Virus record (IMG/VR): IMGVR_UViG_3300027631_002940
Strand: one strand, 5' to 3'
DNA length: 20,000 nt
From: an uncultured virus (IMG/VR IMGVR_UViG_3300027631_002940)
Lineage: Duplodnaviria > Heunggongvirae > Uroviricota > Caudoviricetes
Below are positions 1 to 8,125 of this stretch, piece after piece (position 1 is the stretch's first letter; the number at the start of each line of letters is the position of its first letter). Made by a program: the position numbers and the translations under genes. The notes below the pieces were generated by a model that did no database searches, had not been told where the DNA came from, and worked only from the letters and a program-made list of their open reading frames with translations.

Positions 1-618
1 AGCTGTAGTACCAGGCTCTCCTCCTGATGCATACATAAAATATGACTTTCCTACATCAGGACATGAAGCGTTATCAATAGTGGTAATTCTTCCTCTAAAT
101 ATAACATTAGCTTGTGTATCTAATTTATAGTATAGGGAAGATGTGGAGCTAACAGAATCTACAAAATATAATCCATTTTGAGTTTTTGTAGTCTGTGATT
201 TTACTAGTAAATTATCTCCAGAGTTAAGAACAATACCATCATGTGTATCTGGAGCATTATCTAATATATCACTAGCAAAACCTGATATATTAGTAGTTGT
301 TGATGTAACAGCATTGGGCAGCACTATTGGATCAACAGTATCTAATAAACAATATTTAAATCTATATCCTAATTGATATAAATCTGATCTTAATGTTGGA
401 TTAGTAGGACTTGCTGCTCCATAAATATCACCTATAGTTGTGTCAAGCCATAGTTTGACACATTCAACAGAAGAATTTAGCCATTGTAATTGAATAATTT
501 TTTTAGAAGAATATATACCATCTTCAATTAAACCAAAATCAAGGCCAGGGAGCTGCGGAGTTGTTATTGTTGATCCGTTAGTGTTGTCTAGTTCTACCCA
601 AATTAAAGCTTGTGACAT
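1..618 (-). CDS. Partial (3'-truncated by the window edge) probable virion structural/tail-associated protein
   Basis: Hand translation from ATG at 618 is open to position 1 (206 codons; MSQALIWVELDNTNG...SGGEPGTTA). Contains DGIVLNSGDNLLVKSQTTKTQNGLY, a module common in phage structural proteins and also present in 16083..16919. Not in the ORF track. Confidence 0.8.
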   Translation of the reverse strand, partial: MSQALIWVELDNTNGSTITTPQLPGLDFGLIEDGIYSSKKIIQLQWLNSSVECVKLWLDTTIGDIYGAASPTNPTLRSDLYQLGYRFKYCLLDTVDPIVLPNAVTSTTTNISGFASDILDNAPDTHDGIVLNSGDNLLVKSQTTKTQNGLYFVDSVSSTSSLYYKLDTQANVIFRGRITTIDNASCPDVGKSYFMYASGGEPGTTA

Positions 619-640
619 ATTATAATCCGAAAAGATTTGT

Positions 641-672
641 ACAGGAGGTTATTTTATTTTTCTACCTCCTGT
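641..672 (-). terminator. Stem-loop immediately downstream of phoH; possible terminator or processing hairpin
   Basis: acaggaggt (641-649) and acctcctgt (664-672) form a perfect 9-bp inverted repeat with a 14-nt loop. No strong U-tract directly follows. Confidence 0.45.
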
Positions 673-677
673 GTTAA

Positions 678-2042
678 TTATCTTCTTTGTGCTTCTGGTT
701 TATTGAAGATTTCACTAGCAACAGCTGCTAATTCAGATCTTTCTACCTTAGACAGAGTAATAGAAGCAACTAAATGACTATGTCTACCACCAGAGATAGC
801 ATGAGCAAGTCCGTTTGATTTAGAATCCAAATATGGGTTTTCTACCTGTGATAAATCGCCTAAAAGAATAACTTTAGAGTCTTTACCGCATCTTTCGACA
901 ACCATTCTAGCTTCTTTTGGAGATAAGTTTTCAGCTTCATCTAATAGAATAATGCTTCTTGGTATACTTCTACCTTGAATAAATGCCATTGCTTCTACTT
1001 CGATGATTCCTTCTCTAACCATCTCTTCAAACATATTATTTGCTGATAATGATTTTGATCCTAAGATCTGATCAATATTATCTCTAATTGGTCCTAACCA
1101 TGCAGATACTTTTTCAAACTTATCTCCAGGAAGAGCACCAATATCTTTACCACCTACTGGGATTAAAGGCTTCATAACAACAATCTTGTCATATGTGCCT
1201 TCGTTGATTTGCTGTAATGATGAAGCTACGGCTAAAAAGCTTTTACCAGTACCAGCTTTACCAGAAATAGTTACTAGAGGTACAGTTTTGTCATAAAGTG
1301 CTTCTAATGCACATTTTTGTTCAAGATTCTTACCCTGAACATTTTGATATGCTTTAACTGTGGAATTTGATTTATCTTTTAATGTTCGTAATAAACCATT
1401 TTTATTATATGTTGGGCATTTAGCTTCTCCATATTCAAAAATGAGAAATTCATTAGGATAATATGTTCCAATGTTATTTCTTAATTCTTCTGATAGATTA
1501 GTGATAGGTGTGTCGTCATCACTCCATAACATTTTCCAATCAGTTTCAGAAGTACAAGAAATATATTTTAACCCATTATAATCTTTTTCATCTAATTGAT
1601 CTGATTTATAATTTTCAGAAAAACAGTTCCAAGAAATAGCACGTATTCTTAAACCTGTATCTTTAGTTACAACACATACTTTTTTTCTAGGATTAGCTGC
1701 TTTCAGAGCCAAGCAGCATTCAATTATAGCGTTATCCGAATGAACTTTTACAATGTTAGGTCTTTCGTTTTTTTGTAAAGGAGACTCTGTATTGTAAACA
1801 AACAATCTACCATTTTGTTCATTGATTTTGACACCCTTCATTAAGTCTTGGAGGGTGAAAGCTTCCAAATGTCTGAAAACTTCTCTTGCACTCCAACCAA
1901 TGATGTCACGCTTGGTTTTCATGTCATCTAAATCATCAATAACAGCAAGAGGTAAATAGATATCATTATCTGCGAATTTATACAATGAATAAGGATCATG
2001 TAAAAGAACACAGGTATCGATTATATATATGTGTTTTGCCAA
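678..2042 (-). CDS. phoH: PIN-PhoH fusion (PhoH2/YlaK-type): N-terminal PIN nuclease domain plus C-terminal PhoH ATPase
   Basis: PIN motifs YIIDTCVLLHDP, AVIDDLD, DNAII, VTKDTGLRIRA. PhoH motifs GKAGTGKS, IGALPGD, FIQGRS, ILLDEAENL, LGDLSQ, ERSELA. Start revised from 2060 to TTG at 2042 because a perfect AGGAGG (2050-2055) lies 7 nt upstream of it. Confidence 0.93.
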   Translation of the reverse strand: MAKHIYIIDTCVLLHDPYSLYKFADNDIYLPLAVIDDLDDMKTKRDIIGWSAREVFRHLEAFTLQDLMKGVKINEQNGRLFVYNTESPLQKNERPNIVKVHSDNAIIECCLALKAANPRKKVCVVTKDTGLRIRAISWNCFSENYKSDQLDEKDYNGLKYISCTSETDWKMLWSDDDTPITNLSEELRNNIGTYYPNEFLIFEYGEAKCPTYNKNGLLRTLKDKSNSTVKAYQNVQGKNLEQKCALEALYDKTVPLVTISGKAGTGKSFLAVASSLQQINEGTYDKIVVMKPLIPVGGKDIGALPGDKFEKVSAWLGPIRDNIDQILGSKSLSANNMFEEMVREGIIEVEAMAFIQGRSIPRSIILLDEAENLSPKEARMVVERCGKDSKVILLGDLSQVENPYLDSKSNGLAHAISGGRHSHLVASITLSKVERSELAAVASEIFNKPEAQRR

Positions 2043-2063
2043 TTTGTTTCCTCCTGGCAATCT

Positions 2064-2088
2064 AAAAAATGGGGATTAATTTCCCTCA
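2064..2088 (-). terminator. Weak hairpin plus U-tract between the J-domain gene and phoH
   Basis: Minus strand reads tgagggaaattaatcccca followed by tttttt: a 6-bp stem with one bulge. Confidence 0.35.
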
Positions 2089-2156
2089 CTGCAATATTCC
2101 CTATGTAGCATGTTATGTCCTATATTGGTTTAAGCAGATCAAGGTTTTGCAATTAT

Positions 2157-3122
2157 TTAATTTTCAGGCAATTTATCAATAAAATCAGCAGCTTTTTCAT
2201 CAAATTTGGTATTGTGAGACCTTAAATTCAAGATCATTTGTAGCTTTTCTTTATCAAATTGCTTCATTTCATCACCTGACATCCATTTGCTTTGTTTATT
2301 ATCATTCTCAATTTTTGATAGATTTTTAGTCAATTTGCCATTATGAAGGTCTTGTAGATCATTTTCCAAATTTGTTTTTAAATAATTTTTAGCTGTTTCA
2401 AGAGAAGTGGTTTCTAATAAATTATAATCGCTATATGAGACTGATGTTAATTCCCCATTAATCATCACTTTATTACCGTCAGGGCTTACTACTTGATTAG
2501 ATGTATTCCTTCTTAAAAATAAATTTGTTCTTGGAATACATATATAAATCTTGAAAGGTAATGACTCTTCAATCTGTTTAGAGTCTGTCAATCTTAGCAC
2601 TTCGTTTTCATCATTAACGATTGACAGAACTAATTTAGATTTTGTGTCTTTGATAAGAAAATCCCATTCATAGTTATGCTCTGATGTTTGTGGGTAAAAA
2701 GCAGGAGCTAGATTAAGTTTATCTTTCATCTCAGCAACAGTGAAAAATAAAGAAAATCCAATAGAATCTTCTGGTGTTCCTTTGCGATATGTTCCAACTT
2801 TATTCCAATCTACAATGAATGGATTTTCTGCATCTAAATTGGAATCTTCTGTAAATTCACCTTTATCGTAAATATTTCTCAACAAAGAATCTTCTAGAAT
2901 TCTTCTTGCTCTAACTAGATTTAAGAATTCTTCATTAGTACCACCAAAATCAGGGTGTTTCTTTCTAGCTTGTTTTCTGAATGCTTTATCAATTAAATCA
3001 GAAATGAAAATTTTATCATTTCTAGTATTACCTTTAGGGAAAGCTTCTCTCGCAATATCTAATATCTCATAGTAATCTTGACTAAAATCAATAATCTTTT
3101 TTGGATCAAATTCATTGGACAT
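2157..3122 (-). CDS. J-domain (DnaJ-type, class C) co-chaperone with an uncharacterised C-terminal region
   Basis: DYYEILDI...IDKAFRKQARKKHPDFGG..EEFLNLVRARRILED..LRNIYD. HPD is intact; no G/F-rich or Zn-finger region follows. Confidence 0.88.
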   Translation of the reverse strand: MSNEFDPKKIIDFSQDYYEILDIAREAFPKGNTRNDKIFISDLIDKAFRKQARKKHPDFGGTNEEFLNLVRARRILEDSLLRNIYDKGEFTEDSNLDAENPFIVDWNKVGTYRKGTPEDSIGFSLFFTVAEMKDKLNLAPAFYPQTSEHNYEWDFLIKDTKSKLVLSIVNDENEVLRLTDSKQIEESLPFKIYICIPRTNLFLRRNTSNQVVSPDGNKVMINGELTSVSYSDYNLLETTSLETAKNYLKTNLENDLQDLHNGKLTKNLSKIENDNKQSKWMSGDEMKQFDKEKLQMILNLRSHNTKFDEKAADFIDKLPEN

Positions 3123-3160
3123 ACAGGAATTATAAAAGATAAAGCATTATAATTGTAATT
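3123..3160. promoter_or_regulatory. Back-to-back -10 boxes of a 38-bp divergent promoter region
   Basis: TATAAT on minus (3134-3129) is 6 nt before ATG 3122; TATAAT on plus (3148-3153) is 7 nt before ATG 3161. Neither gene has a Shine-Dalgarno. Confidence 0.6.
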
Positions 3161-3487
3161 ATGTGGTACAGACTCGCTCAAAATTATGATATTGACGGTA
3201 ATCTTGTAGAGGATCAGATATTAGCAGATCCTCCGAAAAATCCCGCCCCACAAAATTTAGAAGAAACAGAACAAGATATACCAGCAGGGACAGATATACC
3301 TAAACCTGTCCAAGATCTTACAGCTGGAATGAGACTACCACCTATCCATCAGTTTTGTCATTGTTATATTCAAAATCATCCTGGTGGTAAAAAAGTATGG
3401 CAATTTAGTGAAAATTGCTGTGAAGAATGTAAAAGTTTAGCTTTAGATTTTAATTCTAAACAAGATCAGATGTATTCACAGTCCTGA
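3161..3487 (+). CDS. Small Cys/His-rich protein with a MuF/SPP1-gp7-like PPxHxxCxC motif and an MWYRLAQ leader
   Basis: LPPIHQFCHC and W...CCEEC motifs; acidic/Pro-rich linker after the N-terminal leader. Confidence 0.7.
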   Translation: MWYRLAQNYDIDGNLVEDQILADPPKNPAPQNLEETEQDIPAGTDIPKPVQDLTAGMRLPPIHQFCHCYIQNHPGGKKVWQFSENCCEECKSLALDFNSKQDQMYSQS

Positions 3488-4040
3488 TTTTAATATTATA
3501 TCCCAGTAAATTAACATCAATCTTTTTATTTAGATATGTTTTGTTTGGACATTTTGCTTTGGATATATAATAATTTATTTTTCTTTTAGATTCAGGTTGG
3601 AAAATAGAATTTTTAATTATTTTATTAGTATGTTTTTTGATTAAATCCCAAGACATATTAGTATTGAAACATTTGTCAAAGATTTCATTTTCCAGTGATT
3701 GCAATTCTTTTTTATATAGAATTATTTCATCTACTGATAAACATTTAAATGCATTTGTAAGTAAATATCTAAGCATGCGGAAATTAGGGAGATATTTTAT
3801 TGTTATATCATTAAGTATATGAATATCTAATAATATATCAATATCTCCATAAATTTGATTTACATTACCATTTGAAGCAATCCTGTAAATAGATTTAGCT
3901 TCATTGCCTTTTCTAATAACGATGACAGGTGCGATGGAATGTATATCTATATTAATATTAATGCCAATACCTATAAGATTTACAACATCTTCGTTATGTA
4001 ATCTTAAAGCAAAGCATATTTCTGCATTTAGGTTATCCAC
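3456..4040 (-). CDS. Hypothetical protein
   Basis: 194-aa ORF overlapping the stop of the upstream same-strand gene; no recognised motif; start uncertain. Confidence 0.6.
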   Translation of the reverse strand: MDNLNAEICFALRLHNEDVVNLIGIGININIDIHSIAPVIVIRKGNEAKSIYRIASNGNVNQIYGDIDILLDIHILNDITIKYLPNFRMLRYLLTNAFKCLSVDEIILYKKELQSLENEIFDKCFNTNMSWDLIKKHTNKIIKNSIFQPESKRKINYYISKAKCPNKTYLNKKIDVNLLGYNIKIRTVNTSDLV

Positions 4041-4633
4041 GATTCTACAACTTTTAAATTCCTGTCTAAATAATAATTTTCTTTATTGCCATAAATTCCT
4101 GACCAAAGTAAATATATTTTTTCTTCAAAAGCTGTATGCCAACAATCTTTCCAACCATAATCTTTTTTTGATAGTATTTGAAAATATTTATGTTTAAATT
4201 TATCTGCTATTTCTCCACGTAATTTTAGCATTGCATATATTTCTTCATCTAAATTACTGGAGCTTGATAAAATGTCATCTTGTGCTAATGGATCAATTCT
4301 CAATCCATCATAATATATTTGCTGATATTCTTCTAATAAATATTCTTCAACAACACTAGCAGCACATATTTTTTTATTTTTCGGCAGATTATATATAAAA
4401 TTGTATGAAAACGAATTATTTATGAGCCTAATTCGTTTTCTTTGTAATTCTTTTGTGTCAACATTTATAAGATATGAGATATCTTGATTGGATAAGTTTG
4501 TAGTAAATATAATACTGGGTGTGGAAATATTATTCGATAAAGAAGCGTGTAGAGCGAGTAATATATCTGTGAAATTACTTTTGTTTACAAGCTTCTTTAT
4601 TTCTTTGTTAAAATATATTTCAATATTTTCCAA
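4028..4633 (-). CDS. Hypothetical protein
   Basis: 201-aa ORF abutting 4634..4900 in a tightly packed minus-strand run. Confidence 0.7.
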   Translation of the reverse strand: MENIEIYFNKEIKKLVNKSNFTDILLALHASLSNNISTPSIIFTTNLSNQDISYLINVDTKELQRKRIRLINNSFSYNFIYNLPKNKKICAASVVEEYLLEEYQQIYYDGLRIDPLAQDDILSSSSNLDEEIYAMLKLRGEIADKFKHKYFQILSKKDYGWKDCWHTAFEEKIYLLWSGIYGNKENYYLDRNLKVVESWIT

Positions 4634-4900
4634 TTAAACTTTTTTCTTGAACAATGCGTAAGCCATATCTTTAATATAAGGTGTCAATTTCCCTCTTGTA
4701 TTGTGCCTTATATTATCCAAACCATTATTTGCTTCTTCTATTTTTTTAAGCAATATTTTCTTTTTTGCTTCGAGCTCTTTATCAGAAGGGTTATAATTCA
4801 ATTGCTTGTAGAAAAGATCTCGTAAAGCTTTGTCAACAATATCCGTAATTACTTTTACTTCATATGATGGATCTGAACCAGAAGCTTTTCTATACCACAT
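4634..4900 (-). CDS. Small basic helical protein with an MWYRKAS leader
   Basis: 88 aa; N-terminus matches that of 3161..3487 (MWYRxA); coupled spacing with neighbours. Confidence 0.75.
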   Translation of the reverse strand: MWYRKASGSDPSYEVKVITDIVDKALRDLFYKQLNYNPSDKELEAKKKILLKKIEEANNGLDNIRHNTRGKLTPYIKDMAYALFKKKV

Positions 4901-4902
4901 AA

Positions 4903-5133
4903 TTAATAATTCTTTCCTTCAATAACATGATTCTCATTAATTACAAAAGCAACATTTTGAGAAGGAATGTTAAATAAACAAACATTCATCTTATCATCTT
5001 TGTAAATAACATGAAAATCTTTGCCCACAATTAATATGCCATCAATACCACCAACACAGGTGCCAGGGTTATATGTGTAAATTTTCCACTTACCTACACC
5101 TCTATTTTGAATACTACTGTCATTTAATGCCAT
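4903..5133 (-). CDS. Small hypothetical protein
   Basis: 76 aa; GAGGT Shine-Dalgarno upstream; first gene of the minus-strand run. Confidence 0.7.
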   Translation of the reverse strand: MALNDSSIQNRGVGKWKIYTYNPGTCVGGIDGILIVGKDFHVIYKDDKMNVCLFNIPSQNVAFVINENHVIEGKNY

Positions 5134-5226
5134 AGTAATACCTCACTTTCCGTATATTTATATCCTTGATTTATCACGCTATATCCTTTAATTTGCATGT
5201 GGATTACTATATGGTAATATGAGTTT

Positions 5227-7119
5227 ATGGAACAAAATATGCTCATCAAGTTCTTTTCATCTAAAGAATTTAAAAACATCGGCGAAGCAAAAGCACAAAA
5301 AATCATAGATGCATTTGGTGAAAATAGTATAGATGTTCTGATGGCAAATCCAAAAGCTATCTATGAAATGTCTGATTTAGCTGACACAGATAAATCCACT
5401 GTCTACAATTATTTTACCAATAAAGATAAAAATACAATCAATAATCTTATCAAATTGGGTTTATCATTTACATTCGCCCAAAAGGTAATGATGTATTTTG
5501 GCGTTAACTGCACAAATGATATTAAAGATAACCCATTTTGTATGCTTGAAATTAACGGCATAGGCTTCAAGAAATGTGATCAAATATATCTAGCTAATCA
5601 TCAAGATATATATAGTCAACTTCGTTTCACCGCTGCTGTAACCCATATATTACAAGAATCGACTAATATTGGACACTGTTATTTGGCGAGTAATGAACTT
5701 TATAATGAAATAAATAATTTATTAATCAACAAACAAAAATATCCAGCACAACAATATAAGCAATATTTGATTGACCTTAATAAAAATCATTCAATCATTA
5801 TTCAAAACGATAATATATATCTTCCATATTTGTATTATGCTGAAAGATCATCAGCTAAATTACTTACAGATTTGGATACATATGAATATGATTTTAACAA
5901 AGTAGCAGAACATTGCACTGAATATAATTTTAAGTCATTGTCTGATGAACAAAACTATGCTATCAATAGTGTTTTGAAGAATAATGTTACTATCATTACT
6001 GGTGGACCTGGAGTAGGTAAAACACACGTAGTAAAAGGTATTGTTCAAGCTTTGAAATACTTTAATGTTAATTATGCGCTTTGTTCTCCCACTGGTAAAG
6101 CAGCCGATAGATTGTCTAAATCTTCTGATGAGTCTGCTTCAACTATCCACAGATTACTAAAAGCTAATCATACTGGTGGTTTTGATAAGAATGAATATGA
6201 ATTGCTGGAACATGAAGTTATTATTGTTGATGAAGCTTCGATGTTAGATATCAATCTATTTAATTCTTTATTAAAGGCTATGAATACATCTACTAAGCTT
6301 GTTTTAGTAGGCGATATCAATCAGTTGCCTTCAGTAGGACCGGGTAATCTACTAAATGATCTTATTAGCTCACAATTGTTCCCTGTTTGTAGATTGACCA
6401 AAATTTTCCGTCAAACATCTACAAATACAATTATCAATACAGCTCACAAGATTTTAAAAGGTGAAGATCCTGACTTGATTCAAGCTTCCGAGGGGTCAAA
6501 TTGCTTCTTTTATCAAACTAATGAAGAAAATCTTGTTAATAGAATAACTAAGCTATATCGCAAGCTTATGGATAATAAATATACACCTCAGCAAATTCAA
6601 ATAATGACCCCCAAAAAAATTGGACCTTTAGGCAGTGTAGAACTTAATAAAATGCTACAAAATGAACTAAATCCTAAAATCAAAGGTGTAGATGAATTCG
6701 CTAATGATTACAAAACATTCCGAACAGGTGATAAAGTAATTCAAAATAAAAATAATAAAACCAAGAATGTATTCAATGGAGAAACAGGCATTATTGTCAA
6801 TATTTCTAGCTCAATTAGAGTTGATTATAATGGAAAGATCATTGAATATGTTCCTGCTGAATTAGTAGAATTAGATTTGGCTTATGTAATTACCGTTCAT
6901 AAATCTCAAGGCAGCGAATACGAAGTTGTAGTATTCTTGCAATATAATCAATATTTTCCATTACTTCAAAGAAAACTTCTATATACTGCTGTCACAAGAA
7001 GTAAATCATATTGTTTTATCTTAGGCGATTATAACAGCATGATCAAGTCTATAGAAAATTTATCTGAAAGTAAAAGAAATACCAGCTTGATAACAAGATT
7101 AAAGGAATCAACAGTATAA
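5227..7119 (+). CDS. recD2: RecD2-type SF1B ATP-dependent 5'-3' DNA helicase
   Basis: HhH motifs (NIGEAKAQKI, INGIGFKKCD), Walker A GGPGVGKT, IVDEASM, LVGDINQLPSVG, LTKIFRQ, GDKVIQ..N, VFNGETG, LAYVITVHKSQGSEY, LLYTAVTR. Confidence 0.95.
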   Translation: MEQNMLIKFFSSKEFKNIGEAKAQKIIDAFGENSIDVLMANPKAIYEMSDLADTDKSTVYNYFTNKDKNTINNLIKLGLSFTFAQKVMMYFGVNCTNDIKDNPFCMLEINGIGFKKCDQIYLANHQDIYSQLRFTAAVTHILQESTNIGHCYLASNELYNEINNLLINKQKYPAQQYKQYLIDLNKNHSIIIQNDNIYLPYLYYAERSSAKLLTDLDTYEYDFNKVAEHCTEYNFKSLSDEQNYAINSVLKNNVTIITGGPGVGKTHVVKGIVQALKYFNVNYALCSPTGKAADRLSKSSDESASTIHRLLKANHTGGFDKNEYELLEHEVIIVDEASMLDINLFNSLLKAMNTSTKLVLVGDINQLPSVGPGNLLNDLISSQLFPVCRLTKIFRQTSTNTIINTAHKILKGEDPDLIQASEGSNCFFYQTNEENLVNRITKLYRKLMDNKYTPQQIQIMTPKKIGPLGSVELNKMLQNELNPKIKGVDEFANDYKTFRTGDKVIQNKNNKTKNVFNGETGIIVNISSSIRVDYNGKIIEYVPAELVELDLAYVITVHKSQGSEYEVVVFLQYNQYFPLLQRKLLYTAVTRSKSYCFILGDYNSMIKSIENLSESKRNTSLITRLKESTV

Positions 7120-7149
7120 AGCTCTAAAATATAATAAGAGGTATGTTTT

Positions 7150-8061
7150 ATGGACTTTAGAGAAGTTTTTTCACAAGCTGGCCCAAATGCTAAAGAAAGA
7201 GCAGATAGACAATTTGCTCAAACATATAGCCATGATAAAGATCTTATTGATTTAAGAGACCCAAGTGATAGAGAATTAGTTAAATCTATCAATCCTAAAG
7301 TTATGGAAGTGGTTGAAGCATACGAATCGATGCCACAAAAATACGTCCCTACAAAACCATATGTAGTAAGATTCGGTAATAAAACAGTAATTATCCCTCC
7401 TGTTAAGGGATTAAAAGAGAAATTTGAAAAAGAATTAGCTCCTCTCTGTTTTATGAGCGAAGAAACAGCAGAACGTAATGTAGGAAGTGCTAGAAATTTT
7501 ATTCAGAATGTAGGATTACTTCATACAGATAGACCTAAATCTGCAACATTACATGTAAGATACTCTACTGGTACAGATTCAGGAATTAGTGCTGATACTG
7601 AAAGAGAAGTCGCCTTAATCCCTAGATTAGATAGATTAGTACAATCTTTACCTCCAGATTATACTAGATCATTAGGTTTAGTAGAAAAAGGTTCACATAA
7701 ATTAATGTGGCAAACTAGCTTGATGAGAGCTATGTTTGATGATACTTATCGTAATGAGATTATAGACACACTAACTCCATTTGAAAAAGGTGTTTTAAGA
7801 TCTAAAGTTTCAACATTATATGCTTTGAAAAATAAGTATGAAAATGATCCAGAAGCATTTATGGCAGAAATTAGTTGGGATCAATTAACCGCTCAATTAC
7901 TAAAAGATCTAGATAGAAAATTTGAATATACAAAAATTCACTCTGCTAGATTAAAAACAGGTAAAAACTGGTATCCTGTAGACTTCCCAGGAATGATCAA
8001 AGAATTTATCACAGGAACAAAACATCCTGAAACTCTACATTCTGAAGAAGAATACGAATAA
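7150..8061 (+). CDS. Hypothetical protein
   Basis: 303-aa ORF; TATAAT at 7130-7135, GAGGT SD 7 nt before ATG, and a strong hairpin after the stop suggest its own transcription unit. Confidence 0.85.
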   Translation: MDFREVFSQAGPNAKERADRQFAQTYSHDKDLIDLRDPSDRELVKSINPKVMEVVEAYESMPQKYVPTKPYVVRFGNKTVIIPPVKGLKEKFEKELAPLCFMSEETAERNVGSARNFIQNVGLLHTDRPKSATLHVRYSTGTDSGISADTEREVALIPRLDRLVQSLPPDYTRSLGLVEKGSHKLMWQTSLMRAMFDDTYRNEIIDTLTPFEKGVLRSKVSTLYALKNKYENDPEAFMAEISWDQLTAQLLKDLDRKFEYTKIHSARLKTGKNWYPVDFPGMIKEFITGTKHPETLHSEEEYE

Positions 8062-8062
8062 A

Positions 8063-8094
8063 AATAAGGCTGAAACATTAGTTTCAGCCTTATT
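8063..8094 (+). terminator. Intrinsic terminator-like hairpin
   Basis: aataaggctgaaac-atta-gtttcagccttatt: perfect 14-bp inverted repeat directly after the stop at 8061. Confidence 0.8.
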
Positions 8095-8125
8095 CTCCTT
8101 AAGTATGCGTGTATAATGTCTGTAT

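Noticed and set aside
439..462. Inverted repeat TGTGTCAA-N8-TTGACACA resembling an operator
   Set aside because: Lies inside a coding region, occurs once, and no matching copy was seen in intergenic DNA.
2043..2060. ORF-track N-terminal extension MPGGNK of PhoH
   Set aside because: These codons contain the AGGAGG Shine-Dalgarno; TTG at 2042 is the better start.
3637..4197. Plus-strand ORFs 3637..3822 and 3904..4197
   Set aside because: Antisense shadows of the minus-strand operon with no motifs or initiation signals.
4490..4515. IIFTTNLS in 4028..4633, reminiscent of DnaC/IstB ATPases
   Set aside because: No Walker A or B motif in the protein.
5124..5306. 60-aa minus-strand ORF
   Set aside because: Overlaps the start of recD2 and spans a divergent promoter region.
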